Notes under the pieces: generated by a model | What the model saw: the letters and a program-made list of their open reading frames with translations, nothing else | Database searches by the model: none | Told to the model about the DNA's origin: nothing | Assembly: GCA_964057225.1 (NCBI GenBank) | Contig: OZ059900.1 | Location: 9,486,001 to 9,550,000 of the forward strand | Source: Auanema rhodensis | Taxonomy: Eukaryota > Animalia > Nematoda | Direction: 5' to 3' | Length of the DNA stretch: 64,000 bases | Shown: one piece after another, positions 1-13,365 of the stretch | Numbering within the stretch: position 1 is the stretch's first letter | Layout of the letters: each line of letters begins with the position of its first letter | Translations under genes and position numbers: made by a program

Positions 1-323
1 GAGTAAATCGATTGAAATAACGTTTTTGAATATATGCGATGACAATTAGAGATCAAATCGAATCTGACACAGTATACTAGATCAAACTGGAGATCGAATA
101 AAGTTCAAACGTTTATGAGGCATCAATAAATTTATATAATAGCGCCACTATTTTTGAATTACTGTAACATCGGATCACCACAGGGTTGTTTAAGATTTTC
201 TACTTTAATGATTGTGTTTCTTTTTTTTTCAGTTCTTTGTTCATAAAATATAAGCTGTCTCAATGATTATATTTAAAACTTATTTTATATTCACCTGCTT
301 ACTAACAGGCAGACCAATTCAAC

Positions 324-1130
324 ATAAGGTGGCTCTACTGACAGCATATGATTTCTGAATAATTATAATAAACAAGGCTTCCATCTTTTAAAATTCTGAT
401 TTTTGTTTCTCTTTATTTTTTCAACTTCATTCTTGTAAACAACCCGTGAAACCCTTCACGAATTGAAATTAAATATTAAAAATATACACCCTACTCGAAA
501 ATGCGTACGCAAGGATTACGGTATATGAGCAAAAAGAAGCCGCTGATAAAAAGATATAAAGATGAGGAGATATCGTAATTTTATAAAATTATTCGTTCAT
601 CCCGCCTCAAATTCTTTATAAACAAGTAATTTTTAAAATTTAATGTGTTAAGGTAACGTGTAAAAAATTGCTCGTCATATTGAGATTACGGTAGGTCTGG
701 GGCACATCAATATGGCTTGGGCTGTGGGCGCAGGGCATCTTTGTTTCTCATTCTTAGTAATGAAGTAAAGGCTGCTTTAGCGATCAAATTCAAAACTTAG
801 GGCCTGCTTACCAACAATTTATTTTTGTGACTAATAAGTTTTAGTAATAAAAAATTTAATATAAAAAAAAAGGAAAAAATGAGGTTATTAGCATTTTTGT
901 TTGATTTATGCTATGAAACGTGATGTCATGATGCCACTATAAGATAGTCGTAGCTTTGATGGATTGTAAGTACTAAGTTTACTCTAGTGGCTTGTGAAGT
1001 AGAATAATAACTTTTAGATTAAAGAAATGTGAAGCTTTCTGTTTCTTAAGTGGAGAAATTATCAAAATTTCTTCGAAATATGAGAGCTACTTCTTTCTTT
1101 TTAGAAGAGGGGAATAACTCAAATATCTAC
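324..1130. repeat. Dispersed copy of an unclassified modular repeat; near-copy of 5689-6479
   Basis: Runs from ATAAGGTGGCTCTACTGACAGC to GGGGAATAACTCAAAT.TCTAC and matches 5689-6479 in the same orientation; the first ~170 bp are more diverged. Confidence 0.85.
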
Positions 1131-4100
1131 CGTAAACTAGAATCGCTTGAGTATTCGTAAGAGAGAAACAAGGTTGGATGGATGACAATTGGAATACTTT
1201 AAATATTCGACTTGATATTGAGCGAATTATATAATACATAATTTGATATATACTCAAATTGAGTGTCTTGCAAAATATGCCCTCCAAGCATAACTAAACG
1301 AAGCTTATTATTGAAGGTACGGTACATTTTTAATTTAACTTATTATAATTTGAAAGAGAAAATAAGGATTGAAAGCTCAAAGGCCAAAGTCTGTTATATA
1401 CATCCTGTCATTGGCTGGTTTTAGGTGCTGAGGAGATTTACCACATGAGTTGAAGTTTAAGCTTTTGAGTGTTTTGTATATGTTGAGAGGTTCAAAAATA
1501 TCGTAAAAGATTGATTTGCAAAACGTTCTGACGAAATATAAGTAAAACAATAAACCCAAGAAGATTCATTAGAACATTTTTTATGAGAATGTTATATTCT
1601 TCGAAATTCTTGACAAGTGAGAAGAAATTGAAGAGAAATGTTGATTGATATCGCTTCTTACGGTTTGTTCAGTATTATTTATACTAATAATATAGCAAAA
1701 ATATTAAATAATTCTCAATTCTTGTCTGATATTTTGTATAGTTTGTATGTTTTTGATGAAACTCATGAATATCATTATATGTAACTATATGTTTTTCTCA
1801 GACGTTGAAGCAAAATGTTTCCAGACTAAGCAAGAAAAAAATGTCTTAGATGATAATGAGAAGGAAAAAGAAACAAGAGAAGTAAAGAAACAAAAAAAAG
1901 AAAAAGAAACATAAAAAAAGAGAGAAGAGACAACCTAGCTGGAGCTCAACGAAGACCAACTGACTAGACTGGCTTCAACGTGAGCAACCTCCCGCTGATT
2001 GGTGGAATATCCGAAGTAGGCGGAGCTAAGCTTCTAATTGCTCCAACAGCACACACGTCTAATATAGATTTTGTGCAATTATATTGCTCATTGAATACAT
2101 CCACGATACACTATACCATATAAGAAAACGAGAAACAGCTATTATAGAAAAGAATGCAAATATTAATTGAAATAGTAAGAAAAAACAGTTTGAATGAAAC
2201 TAGAGAAACGTAATATCTTTCACGAAACCTTTTCTTGATACACCTTTTTTGGTTGCCCTTAACAACTAAGTGTTCGAAAATTTTGCTTTTGCTGGTTATT
2301 AAAGCATTTTTTTAATTTTAAGAATTATTACCTTGTCCATTTTTGAAATAGATTTTCAGGTTGTTGATACATTTCAAAAAATGCAGATAATTTGATAAAC
2401 AATTATGAAATATTGTGATAAATATGTTTATAATAACGATATGCTGGATATGAAAACAAAGAATGAGATGAAGCACAAAGCATTTCATTAGAATATTAGT
2501 ATTTCTTTACTTAATTGATAATCTATCTATCTATATACATAAATTTAATCGAATATAATTGTGAATGACCAAAGATTCAAGTGATGATTAAATTAGAGAG
2601 AAATTATTTAATATAGTCTCAAATATTACATAATATCTATATTTATGAGTAATTAAAATGTCATTGCAAAGAAAATATTTCATTTTCAAAAATTTAACTC
2701 TCTGTTCTAATTCAAATACATGTTGTATAGCCTCATGTACTTAATAAGAATTATACTTAAAATAAAAGTTTTTTCGAAAAAATCCAACAAAAATGGCTAA
2801 TTTTATATTTTTCAAAAATCAAACTACGTTAAAACTCTTCTTATAGTATACTTTGACTCATATTTATGAAGACAAACATGAATGACTCTCAACTTAGTTA
2901 CGATATTATACAAAATGTGAAATACCATGCTCAAGAATTGTTTCGTATTAACAAGTCACGGTTTATGAAATATTTTCTATTTCAATGCACGTATAGCAAC
3001 ATAATTTTCTTGCTCTTTCAAAAAAATTGCTAATTAAAGCATTTGGTATCTTAATCTGAAAAATTTCAAGATTATGCTTATGTCATATAACATTCTTGCC
3101 TAAAATAGATGAAGAGAAGCTGCGAAATTAATTTTATTATTCAGGCTCTAATTAGAATTGCAATTTGGTCTTTGATTTTATAATCCCCCTGCGTGAGCTA
3201 TATATATATTGCATCATTAAGAGATAAAATATCATTTATAACTTAATTATGAAGAATATATCTTAGAATTTATTTCATAAAGCGAAATATATATATATGT
3301 ATTTCGTTTCATTAGCCTGTTGAATAGTTGAATTTCTATAATACACTTCTTATAAGTAATTCATCAATGGCTGTGTGTTTGAAAGCTTCTTAATCCTACT
3401 TTTCAATTCTATAGAACTACTAATGTCAGCAAACAAGAAAGAAAATGAGAGAATAATGAAATCAGAGATAGATAGTAATTAGATTTGGATATATAATTCT
3501 TTAGGAGCTTAATTGAAAATCTAAATAGATGTACGGTAATGTTATTTCCTATGAAGAGGGATAAATGAAATTTCGGAATTAAATATACTCAAACGCAGGA
3601 AAAATGCTATTTCTACCTCAACGATGCAAGCATTACAAGTTCAGCAGGAGTAAAGTTTTCGAAACATATAGTGGAAGCAACTTTTTTTCTGGCCCAAATA
3701 TTATAAGTAGCCTTATTTTTTATTCAAAAAGGTGGCTTACCGAGAGCATGTGAAGAGCTCATAAAATAGTGGCCAGATGTTTCTTGACCGAGTTCATGCA
3801 GCAGCAATGTGTCTGACATTTAAACATTTTGCAACAGCAGTTCATTCGAGCCATTCAGATTCAAACAATGCACTTTTACATATGTGCAAAAATTATTTAA
3901 ACAAAGTAGACGCTATTTAAAGAATTCTAATTTGTCAAGGAAAACTTTCCCGAGCGCGGCTTATATCAAATATGTAAATGAAGAGAATAAATTGAAAAAG
4001 GAATACTTTAAGCAAATGACTGCGAGGTAATCAAAAATCAAAAGAATTTAAATAAATCTTAGCCTATAGAAAAAAGAATTTTTCAAAATTCTGTAGAATT

Positions 4101-4343
4101 GTGAAAGTTGAATGGGAAAAGAAAAATTACAGCTCTAGCAAAAATTATTTATTCTCACACTAATAAGAGAGAAACTAGGAAAATTAAAAAAATATAAAAT
4201 CCCAAAGATATAAGAAACATTCACTTAATGCTAATGTAACATAGTTACGTGCAATCTTATAAATAAATAGTAGGAAACAGACGTAAATTGGCAAGACCTA
4301 TTATCGTCAAGGCCAAACAAAGAGAACCTAGTTTTGGGCTTGA

Positions 4344-6479
4344 GAATGCGTACGCTATGATTACGGTATATGAGCAAAAAGACGCCACGGGTAAAAAGAT
4401 ATAAAGATGAAGAGATATCGAAATTTTATAAAATTATTCGTTCATCCCGCCTCAAATTCTATATATAGAAGTAATTTTTAAAATATAATGTGTTAAGGTA
4501 ACGTGTAAAAAATTGCTCCAACATTTTGAGGTTACGGTAGGTCTGGGGCAAATCAATAAGGGTTGGGCTGGTCGCGCAGTGCATGTTTGGTTTCTAGTTA
4601 GTACTGATTAATTAAGAGAGTATTCAAGACAAATTAAAACTATGAATCGAAAAATAAAGGATCCCGAACAAACACAATAATAAAAAAACTTAAATTAAAA
4701 AAAAACAAATTCTTAAACTTTGGTCCGTAATTGCTGATATGAAGTGTGGCTATTGAAACCACGTAGCAAACTGAACAAATCGAAAAGAAAATGATAAATC
4801 TGCTCATTTAACTTTAAATTTTACAAATTCTGTTAATGTAATGAACATAACTTGATAAATTAAAATAGACAAATTACGACCAACATTAGGTTTCCGTTAG
4901 GGGGTGGGTGTTGGCTAGATCAATATAAGATAAGGTGGCTCTACTGACAGCATATGATTTCTGAAAAATTATAATAAACAAGGCTTCCACCTTTAAAAAT
5001 TCTGTTTTTTGTTTCTCTTTATTTTACCAACTCCGTTTTTGTAAACAACCGTGAAAATCAATAACCATTTGATATAAATCATTGAAAATACAAATCCTAC
5101 TCAAAAATGCGTACGCAAGGATTACGGTATAAGAGCAAAAAGACGCCGCTGATAAAAAGATATAAAGATGAGGAGATATCGAAATTTTATAAAATTATTC
5201 GTTCATCCCGCCTCAAATTCTTTATAAACAAGTAATTTTTAAAATTTAATGTGTTAAGGTAACGTGTAAAAAATTGCTCGTCATATTGAGATTACGGTAG
5301 GTCTGGGGCACATCAATATGGCTTGGGCTGTGGGCGCGATGTATAATTGATTTCTGGTTAACACTGATTAGCAAACAGGATATTCGAAGAAAATTAAGAA
5401 CTTTGAACTTGTTTAATTGTTTAAAACTAAGAGAATTATCTGAAAACGTAAAATTTCAATCATTCAAAACCCCAAACTTTGGTCCGTAATTGCTGATATG
5501 AAGTGTGGCTATTGAAACCACGTAGCAAACTGAACAAATCGAAAAGAAAATGATAAATCTGCTCATTTAACTTTAAATTTTACAAATTCTGTTAATGTAA
5601 TGAACATAACTTGATAAATTAAAATAGACAAATTACGACCAACATTAGGTTTCCGTTAGGGGGTGGGTGTTGGCTAGATCAATATAAGATAAGGTGGCTC
5701 TACTGACAGCATATGATTTCTGAAAAATTATAATAAACAAGGCTTCCACCTTTAAAAATTCTGTTTTTTGTTTCTCTTTATTTTACCAACTCCGTTTTTG
5801 TAAACAACCGTGAAAATCAATAACCATTTGATATAAATCATTGAAAATACAAATCCTACTCAAAAATGCGTACGCAAGGATTACGGTATAAGAGCAAAAA
5901 GACGCCGCTGATAAAAAGATATAAAGATGAGGAGATATCGTAATTTTATAAAATTATTCGTTCATCCCGCCTCAAATTCTTTATAAACAAGTAATTTTTA
6001 AAATTTAATGTGTTAAGGTAACGTGTAAAAAATTGCTCGTCATATTGAGATTACGGTAGGTCTGGGGCACATCAATATGGCTTGGGCTGTGGGCGCAGGG
6101 CATCTTTGTTTCTCATTCTTAGTAATGAAGTAAAGGCTGCTTTAGCGATCAAATTCAAAACTTAGGGCCTGCTTACCAACAATTTATTTTTGTGACTAAT
6201 AAGTTTCAGTAAATATAAAGGAAAAAATGAGGTTATTAGCATTTTTGTGTTGATTTTTGCTATGAAACGTGATGTCATGATTCCACTATAAGAGGGTCGT
6301 AGATTTGATGGATTGTAAGTACTAAGTTTACTCTAGTGGCTTGTGAAGTAGAATAATAACTTTTAGATTAAAGAAATTTGAAGCTTTCTGTTTCTTAAGT
6401 GGAGAAATTATCAAAATTTCTTCGAAATATGAGAGCTACTTCTTTCTTTTTAGAACAGGGGAATAACTCAAATTTCTAC
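4344..6479. repeat. Tandem array with ~759-bp period plus a flanking module
   Basis: AAACTTTGGTCCGTAATTGC at 4715 and 5474; AATGCGTACGC near 4344, 5106 and 5865; conserved modules are separated by variable AT-rich spacers. Confidence 0.9.
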
Positions 6480-8250
6480 TGCTCTAAGTGAGTTAACACT
6501 ATAATGACTAAATTTTTTAAAGTTTTTAAGTATTCACTCGAAGTTGGGCATATACGAGATGTTATAAAAGTATAGCTGATCAGTTGAGCGGAAGTCATTG
6601 TTAATACTTATAACTTTCGATAAAGAAACAGTTTTTAGCTTTTTTATGTCAAACAGTAAACGGTGAGGACATCTCAGAAAAATCTTTATTTTAAATTAAA
6701 CAAAAACGATAATACAAGAAAATCAAATTAATTATGATTGGTGAAGTGTAAAAACATCCGACGTATCATAAAGTGTCAAGTTCGTGTTGTTCTGATTTCT
6801 GCAGTTGTACTGTTGATATGAGCATTTATGATGCGTTGGGACACTTCATCGTTGATAAAATCGTAAGGCAAATTATCCATTTTGGGAAAAAAGTATTCAC
6901 TTTCCAACCAGCTGATATGAAGTATAACATAGCTATAATATAACAAGAATATCATCAAGGAAACTGAAGAGATTTCTCATGTTATGTCAATAATACATCC
7001 TGACCATTCATTTTCAAACTGAATTCATTTCTTTTTTTTTCTTCCGAGTGTAGATTAAACGTAAAAGGCTTAATTCGGCATTATCTATCATATACCTCAG
7101 AGAATGTTCAGGAAAGCAATTAAATTTTGATGTTTTGTAAAATTTTGTATTGAATGTTGTAATATCTTACAATGCTATGGAGTGACAAGCTATGCAAAAA
7201 ATCGCTTTGAATTGTTTTTGATAAGAGCAGTTGATTGTTCATCTTCTGATTAACCAATGAAAAAAATTAATTCTTGACCTACATAGACCACCCTCTAAGA
7301 AACGAAAATCTCAATTATATTTCTGCACTTGACATGAAGGCTCTTCCAAATTAATTAATTGATCAGGCATAGTAGTTCTAGTGTCTCTAATTATAACTAC
7401 TCGTGCGTATGGCGACCTAGTTTTGAAGAGCCGGCTGATTTTCAAATTATTTTTCGATAAGTCATTCAATTGTCCCTTAATCCAACCATTTTCGGATAAA
7501 GCCTTTGTTTCAGAAGGCAAGAGAGAGAGATATGCACATGACCTAGTAATATGCTAATGATGCTTGAAAACAATGATTGATTTAGCAAAATGAAGAGAAC
7601 ATAAATATGAAGAGGGATTATCGAATACGAAAAAGATACAAGAACGTACAGAGAGATTACAGACCACCTAGATCGCAGCAGGATGTTTGGGTGGTCTGTC
7701 TATGCGAGATAGAGAAAACTAACAAGCAGAAGATGAAGAAATAAGAGAAATTAAAGGTCACGTGCAAGATTGACGGTAGCAAAGAGCGATGCGAAGAGAA
7801 TATGAGCAGATGGTGGGATTTTTCTGTTTGGGGGGTGCAGACCACCCGAGACAGAAATCGCGAAGATATAAACAGCAATGTACGTACAAGGGGACAACAA
7901 GGGTGGGAAAATGATATACAGAGACTGAACGATATCAATATGTATGTATATCTTTTCCTATAAATTATGATTATATTTTAGACTGAAACAACGAAAATAG
8001 TTTATTTGAAACATTTTTTAAATTAACAAGTGCCAAGTTTTAAATATTCATTCAATCAATACATTTTTTTTGGAAAAAATATAAAACAATTTAAGATACA
8101 GTTAAATATATATTTATATATATATATATGTATATATACAAGTATTTCAATTTATATGTAAGACGACCGGAAATCAACCGAATAATTCTAGCAATAATAC
8201 TAATTAATCTACATTTTTGTTTTTTTTTGTTAATTCCATTGATAATTAAT

Positions 8251-11200
8251 TTATGGCGCAGCTGTCTTGGAAATTTCAAACAGTTTTACATCTGTGTCAA
8301 ACCAGATAGGAGGATTGTTGTTTCTGAAAATATGTTCAATTGAAAATTTGTAAACTATGCTTTTATTACCTGATGTAGATCACACCCCACATATAAGTCC
8401 GGAACCAATGATTAGTAGCTGGATTTGATTGATATTTTCTAATTAATATTGGGTGAGGAACCGGCAATAATCCAACCAGAGTACCATTTTGCAAAAATTT
8501 CAGAATTTCAGTTTCATCAGTTAATCCTCTTTAAACAGATATTATGAGCTGATGTTGTATTAATGTGATGTTTCTTACTTGTCAATGCAGATTTTCTCAA
8601 CTTGAGGTACAAGAACTTGCAATAGTCTCATGATGGTTTGTAAGGGGAGTCGAACAATCCATTGCTCTGCCCATTCAGTTGTTGGCATCCATTCTGAAAG
8701 ATTGATCAATTTGTAAACAAAATTTGTGAAAATTTCGAATTACCATTACTAGAAACTGAAGCAGATTTTCCTTCCCACTCAGTCAAATTTCCTGTCATTG
8801 ATGAGGCTTTTGGCGTGGCTGCTAATCCCGCTGTCGTTGCTGTTAATCACAAAACAAGTATATATAGGTGAAACAAATAAATATCATACCTGGTGTTAGT
8901 GCAACGGTGGGAACAGCTGTAGCAGTCGGACTTTTGAGTTCTTCAACGATCTCAGTCTCACTAGCTAAAACACAAGATAATTATTAACGAGTTATAACCG
9001 TCAAATATGAAAAACATTAAAAACAAAGAAGTTTACCTTTTCCTTTCTTTGAAGATAAAATCTTGGCTATCGATGAACTATCAATTGGTAAATTAGATAA
9101 CTGATAGAAAACTTGACGTTTTCTGATTATAGTATAAATCAAATTTGAATTTCCTATAAGAAATGATTATACTATGAAAGACAATCAACCATGCATACCA
9201 TCAAACTGATATTGAATAATGTTGTTGAAAACTTCAAGAAGGAAGAAAACCAAATGATGATTAGTAGGAGATGTGAAAAGGAACCATGGGGTAGAAAAAG
9301 CTTCTACTAAGTGAAGAAGTTTGTTTGCCGACACAATAGAGAGAGACTTCAAATAGGGCGAAACTGAAATGTTTAAAATTATTTTTTTTTAAATATTCGC
9401 AAAAAAAATTGTTGTGTGAATTTTAATTTTTTTCTATTCCAATGACTAAGATTATTTTTTATGCTAGCTGTATAAATCAGGGAAAAACTTCAACTTCAAG
9501 CATAGTTTTATTAAATATTCATGTATGAAAACTATTTCGTATAAGTTTTTTCATTTTCTAGTTGATAAATAACAAAATTGTATGATAATTATATACATTC
9601 TTGTATATTTCATGCTTTATGAGTCATTTGATGCTATGAAAAACGAATTGCTTAATGTTTCTATTTAGCATTGATATTAACATATTTGTATATAAAGATA
9701 CAGCATTCAATATGATGCATCTAGCAATTGTGCTTGCATCTATTCCTATCCTTCAGTTGCATTTTCAATTTTATGACAAAATCAAAAAATGCGCATCATC
9801 ACCGTGAACTGTGTATCTTACTTATTGCTGCTGTTATTCTGCATCCTGTCTCCAGTTTATTGCAAGGAAAACGCCGACCAATGTCCATATACCGTCAAGG
9901 ATAACAATGGTCAAACACAGCAGTATAGCTACATACCATTTGGATGCTACATGGTATATCTTCATATTTTACGAAAAAATCACTAATATTCTTCAGATTC
10001 TTGATTGCAAAAGTTGCTCTTTTCAACAAGCTAAAGCCATTTGCCGAGACAACAATGCTGCCATTGCTCGCATGTCACCCCATGATACATTCGGACCATT
10101 GTTTTTCGGTGAGCAACTGTATCTTAGAATCTTTATAGTAGCAATCTTAGACATATTTGGAACAAAATCAAAGAGTTACGTTCCTGAAGAACAAGCATGG
10201 GTGAAACCTACTTCGAATGGCTGTCGTTCGGTGAGTTGCCAGTATGATACTATAAAGACAATAGCTCTTTTCAGTTCATTCTTTCGAATAATGAAAACTC
10301 TACCAGTTTTCAACAACTGACCGACTGTAATGCTCGTCTCAAATTTGCTCTATGCATGCGTCAACCAAAGCATAGAAGACTATTATCACATTGATTTGCA
10401 TTTTTTCGAAATAAAGATAATTAATAACGCATAAAACAAGTAGCAAAACATGAAATCTATATTCTCAAAGCGTTTACAGTAAACCTATGCCTAATGGAAA
10501 ACTATTCAGACATCATTTTTCTGCTGATTTTGCGTGTTCAATTAATTGAAACTCATATATTCAATATAATATACAACAATAACTTGTATATTTTTACTAT
10601 ATTACTCTCGAAATAATGAAAAATAACTGAATTGGATATGATATCTCTGCCATTCGTTTTACTAAGAGATTGACAGGAATGATTACAATTGTCATTACTC
10701 TTTCAGTCGTTGGAAATGATCACAACCTCTTATACCGATGAGGTAATCACAATTTACTTCGACCAGTATCATAATTCTTAAAACTTTAGAAGGATCACAA
10801 TCTTTCCAATCTTTGCAATCATCAAAAACTCTTAAATCATTCAAACCATCACACCCCTTTTAAAAGTAAAAACAACTCAAACATTCAGCCTATTGTATTA
10901 AAATAAAAAATTTTAAACTAACCATTAACAATAATTGTTAAAAGACAGTCAAATAGAGATTGCAAACGATTATTTCCCGTTGTGATAAGCTTATGGAATA
11001 CCTTAATAAGAAAATTTAAAATCAACTTGTTTGATCATCATGTTACCAATATTAAGAGATCAGCATGAGTTCCAACAAATGGTTGTACATCAATTCGAGC
11101 TTTGTTCTCGTACGGTTTGTTTAACCGAACACCAAAATTGCGTTCACCACTCAAAAGCAGAATTAAGAAAATTCCCATGTGAATCATACCAACACGAGCT

Positions 11201-12851
11201 GAAACACAAATCAGATGATTATTGACATTTACAAATGCATATAGAAATTACATGGATCGTTTCGTGCTTCAGCAATGTGGTAAAGGATTGGTACCAGAAT
11301 TTCTAAGACATCTGATGTTTTCAAAACATAAAACATAAACTTCTGAAAAAAAACAGAAAGTACAACATATAGTAGCTTGCTATTAATCTAACCTGATTAT
11401 ATTCACAACATTTCCATAACAGTACAAGAAGTTCTTGATGAAAACTGACTTTCTTTGTTGAATTTGGCAAATATGAAGTTTGCAAGGGATTGCTGAGTAA
11501 ACGTGTCATACCCTTTAATAATTTGATTAAACTGTAACTAAATTGTTTTGTATTACCCGTAGCATCAGATCAAAGTCTTCTTCCCTATGAATACGACTGA
11601 GATAATTTAGAAAATAATTTTCTTTATAAGCACATTGATCTTCACCAGTATCATTTTCCCAATCCAAACAAGCAATTAATACCTTAAAAGTAAGGACTAT
11701 GATGAAAAAAAAAAGAAAATTATATTCCAACCTGTATTGAAGCTTCAACTAATGGCTCACGAGTATCATTAAATAATAAATAGTTATAGGGTAATCCAAG
11801 TCCAACTGGATCGTATGCACAAACAATATTCAAAAGCGAAGTGAATAATGGTAAAGCGTGGCGGTTTTCAGCCGAAGTAAAGCGAGATAGCCATCGCATT
11901 CGGTTTTCATCTAATAATTACAGGTGTTTTCTTAGATATAGCACAATTATGTCATACCAGTAACTGGAACATATATTAATTCTGAGAAGCATGCTAAGAG
12001 CAGCTTTAGAATGTCTGTTCGATGTATATCATGCTGTGCATTAGGTGGTGTTTTGGTACCAAAGCCAACACCAGCTTCCCAGATGTATTCGCAAGAATCA
12101 ACTGATTGTAAATTAATTCGATTCTGCAAAAAACTCAAATTTGATGAGTATTTAGTTATCATTATACCGCTTGTTCACTTCTATTAGGAACAGTGAATCC
12201 TGGACAGAAAAGAAGATCAGCTAAGCTATTAAGAAGCAGTGAGGCCATTGGAATTTGTTGGTCTCCCTGCAATATACTCACTTATCAATTTAATGCTATT
12301 TATGTTGACTTACATGTGGGATACATGTCCAGAAGTATCCTCTCCACTCAGAATCTTCTTGCATATATGGCATAATCCTTGTCAGCATTCGAATACAGTT
12401 GACAACCTAAGTATAAGAGTAATATGCTATACTCAAAGTAAAACTATAAAAAACTAACCTTTTTAATGCTGGCTTGCTCTGGGTTATCTCTAAATGCCAT
12501 AATTTTTTCCAATGCTTTGTAGCATAAGGCAGCAAGATTTTTAGGCGAATCATCTCTGAAAATATCAAAATGTATTAGCATATAAGAATGAAAAGCTTGT
12601 CAAAATGTAAAACCAACCGTAGTTTGCGTATATCTTCGGAAGGTATCATAGCAAACAAGTCACTGGCACATTCCACATTATCAGAAGACCACAACTGCTC
12701 CCAGAAAGCTTCATCTTCCTGAAAAACGAAGAACATAATTATTTTATAATTTTTTTAATATGTAAAAAATTTAAAATACCTGTTTGCTGCTTTTTGTTGT
12801 CAAATTTATAACCGCTTCACGAAAATTGATTTTACTTCCTTGTGCTCCCAT
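8251..12851 (-). CDS. hid-1: HID-1 (Dymeclin/HID1 family), multi-exon
   Basis: Spliced by eye: MGAQGSKINFREAV..., YIWEAGVGF, RLLSNPLQTSYLPNSTKKVSFHQELLVLLWK, LLLSGERNFGVRLNKPY, HHLVFFLLEVFNNIIQYQFDG, LPLQTIMRLLQVLVPQVEKIC, GTLVGLLPVPHPILIRKY, PPIWFDTDVKLFEI...TAAP*. The N-terminal MG fits known myristoylation. Confidence 0.95.
9789..10394 (+). CDS. Small secreted C-type-lectin-like protein, 4 exons, nested in a hid-1 intron
   Basis: Signal peptide MRIITVNCVSYLLLLLFCILSPVYC; three 42-44 nt GT-AG introns (9954-9996, 10109-10150, 10231-10274) join an open frame with CTLD-like spacing (GCY, SFQQAKAIC, AW, DCNARLKFALC); AATAAA at ~10410. Confidence 0.75.
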
Positions 12852-13346
12852 CACTCTACAATGCTAATTATAGCAAACAAATTATACAATTAGTTGAAGA
12901 ACTCTGTAAAATAAATTGACGTTGAAATAGAATAAATGTCGAAAAATTAAATGAATCAAGTAACAAAACGAGAAAAATAAAAACGGAAGGGATGAATCAA
13001 TTAATTGCATCAACTGCTCTGCATTAGTCGCTTTGATTTAGGAGCATAAAAACTAAAATGAGTTTTCAGAAATAATGATAAGATTAAAGACAAATCAATT
13101 GCGTACAAGAGTGTAAAAATGAATGCTATACAAATAATCAATATATAACATGTATGGTATGGAGTAGCAAATAGAAATATATGAAGTAAATTTTTTTATT
13201 TTCAGTTTCTTTATCAACTTGTAAAAAAAAAGGTAAAAATGTTTAAATGCTCTTACAACCAAATAATAACCAATAATTTTACTTTACCTCGCTGTCTTCA
13301 TCATGTTGAATCATGCAACGTTAAATTGTTTGCAACGCGCTTTGTA

Positions 13347-13365
13347 TTCAAAAATTGGCGCGAAA
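13347..13365 (-). promoter_or_regulatory. CDE-CHR (E2F/DREAM-type) element upstream of hid-1
   Basis: Minus strand reads TTTCGCGCC-AATT-TTTGAA: E2F-like site, 4-nt spacer, CHR, oriented toward hid-1 about 500 bp upstream of its ATG. Confidence 0.5.

Noticed and set aside
1131-1323. Possible Tc2/pogo-type MITE (TA-CCGTA...TACGG-TA)
   Set aside because: The inverted match is only about 5 bp, and the paralogous copy at ~6479 does not show a clean empty site.
6776-7520. Short minus-strand ORFs, one containing MDNLPYDFINDEV (F-box-like start)
   Set aside because: The frame ends after about 35 codons and no supporting exon structure was found.
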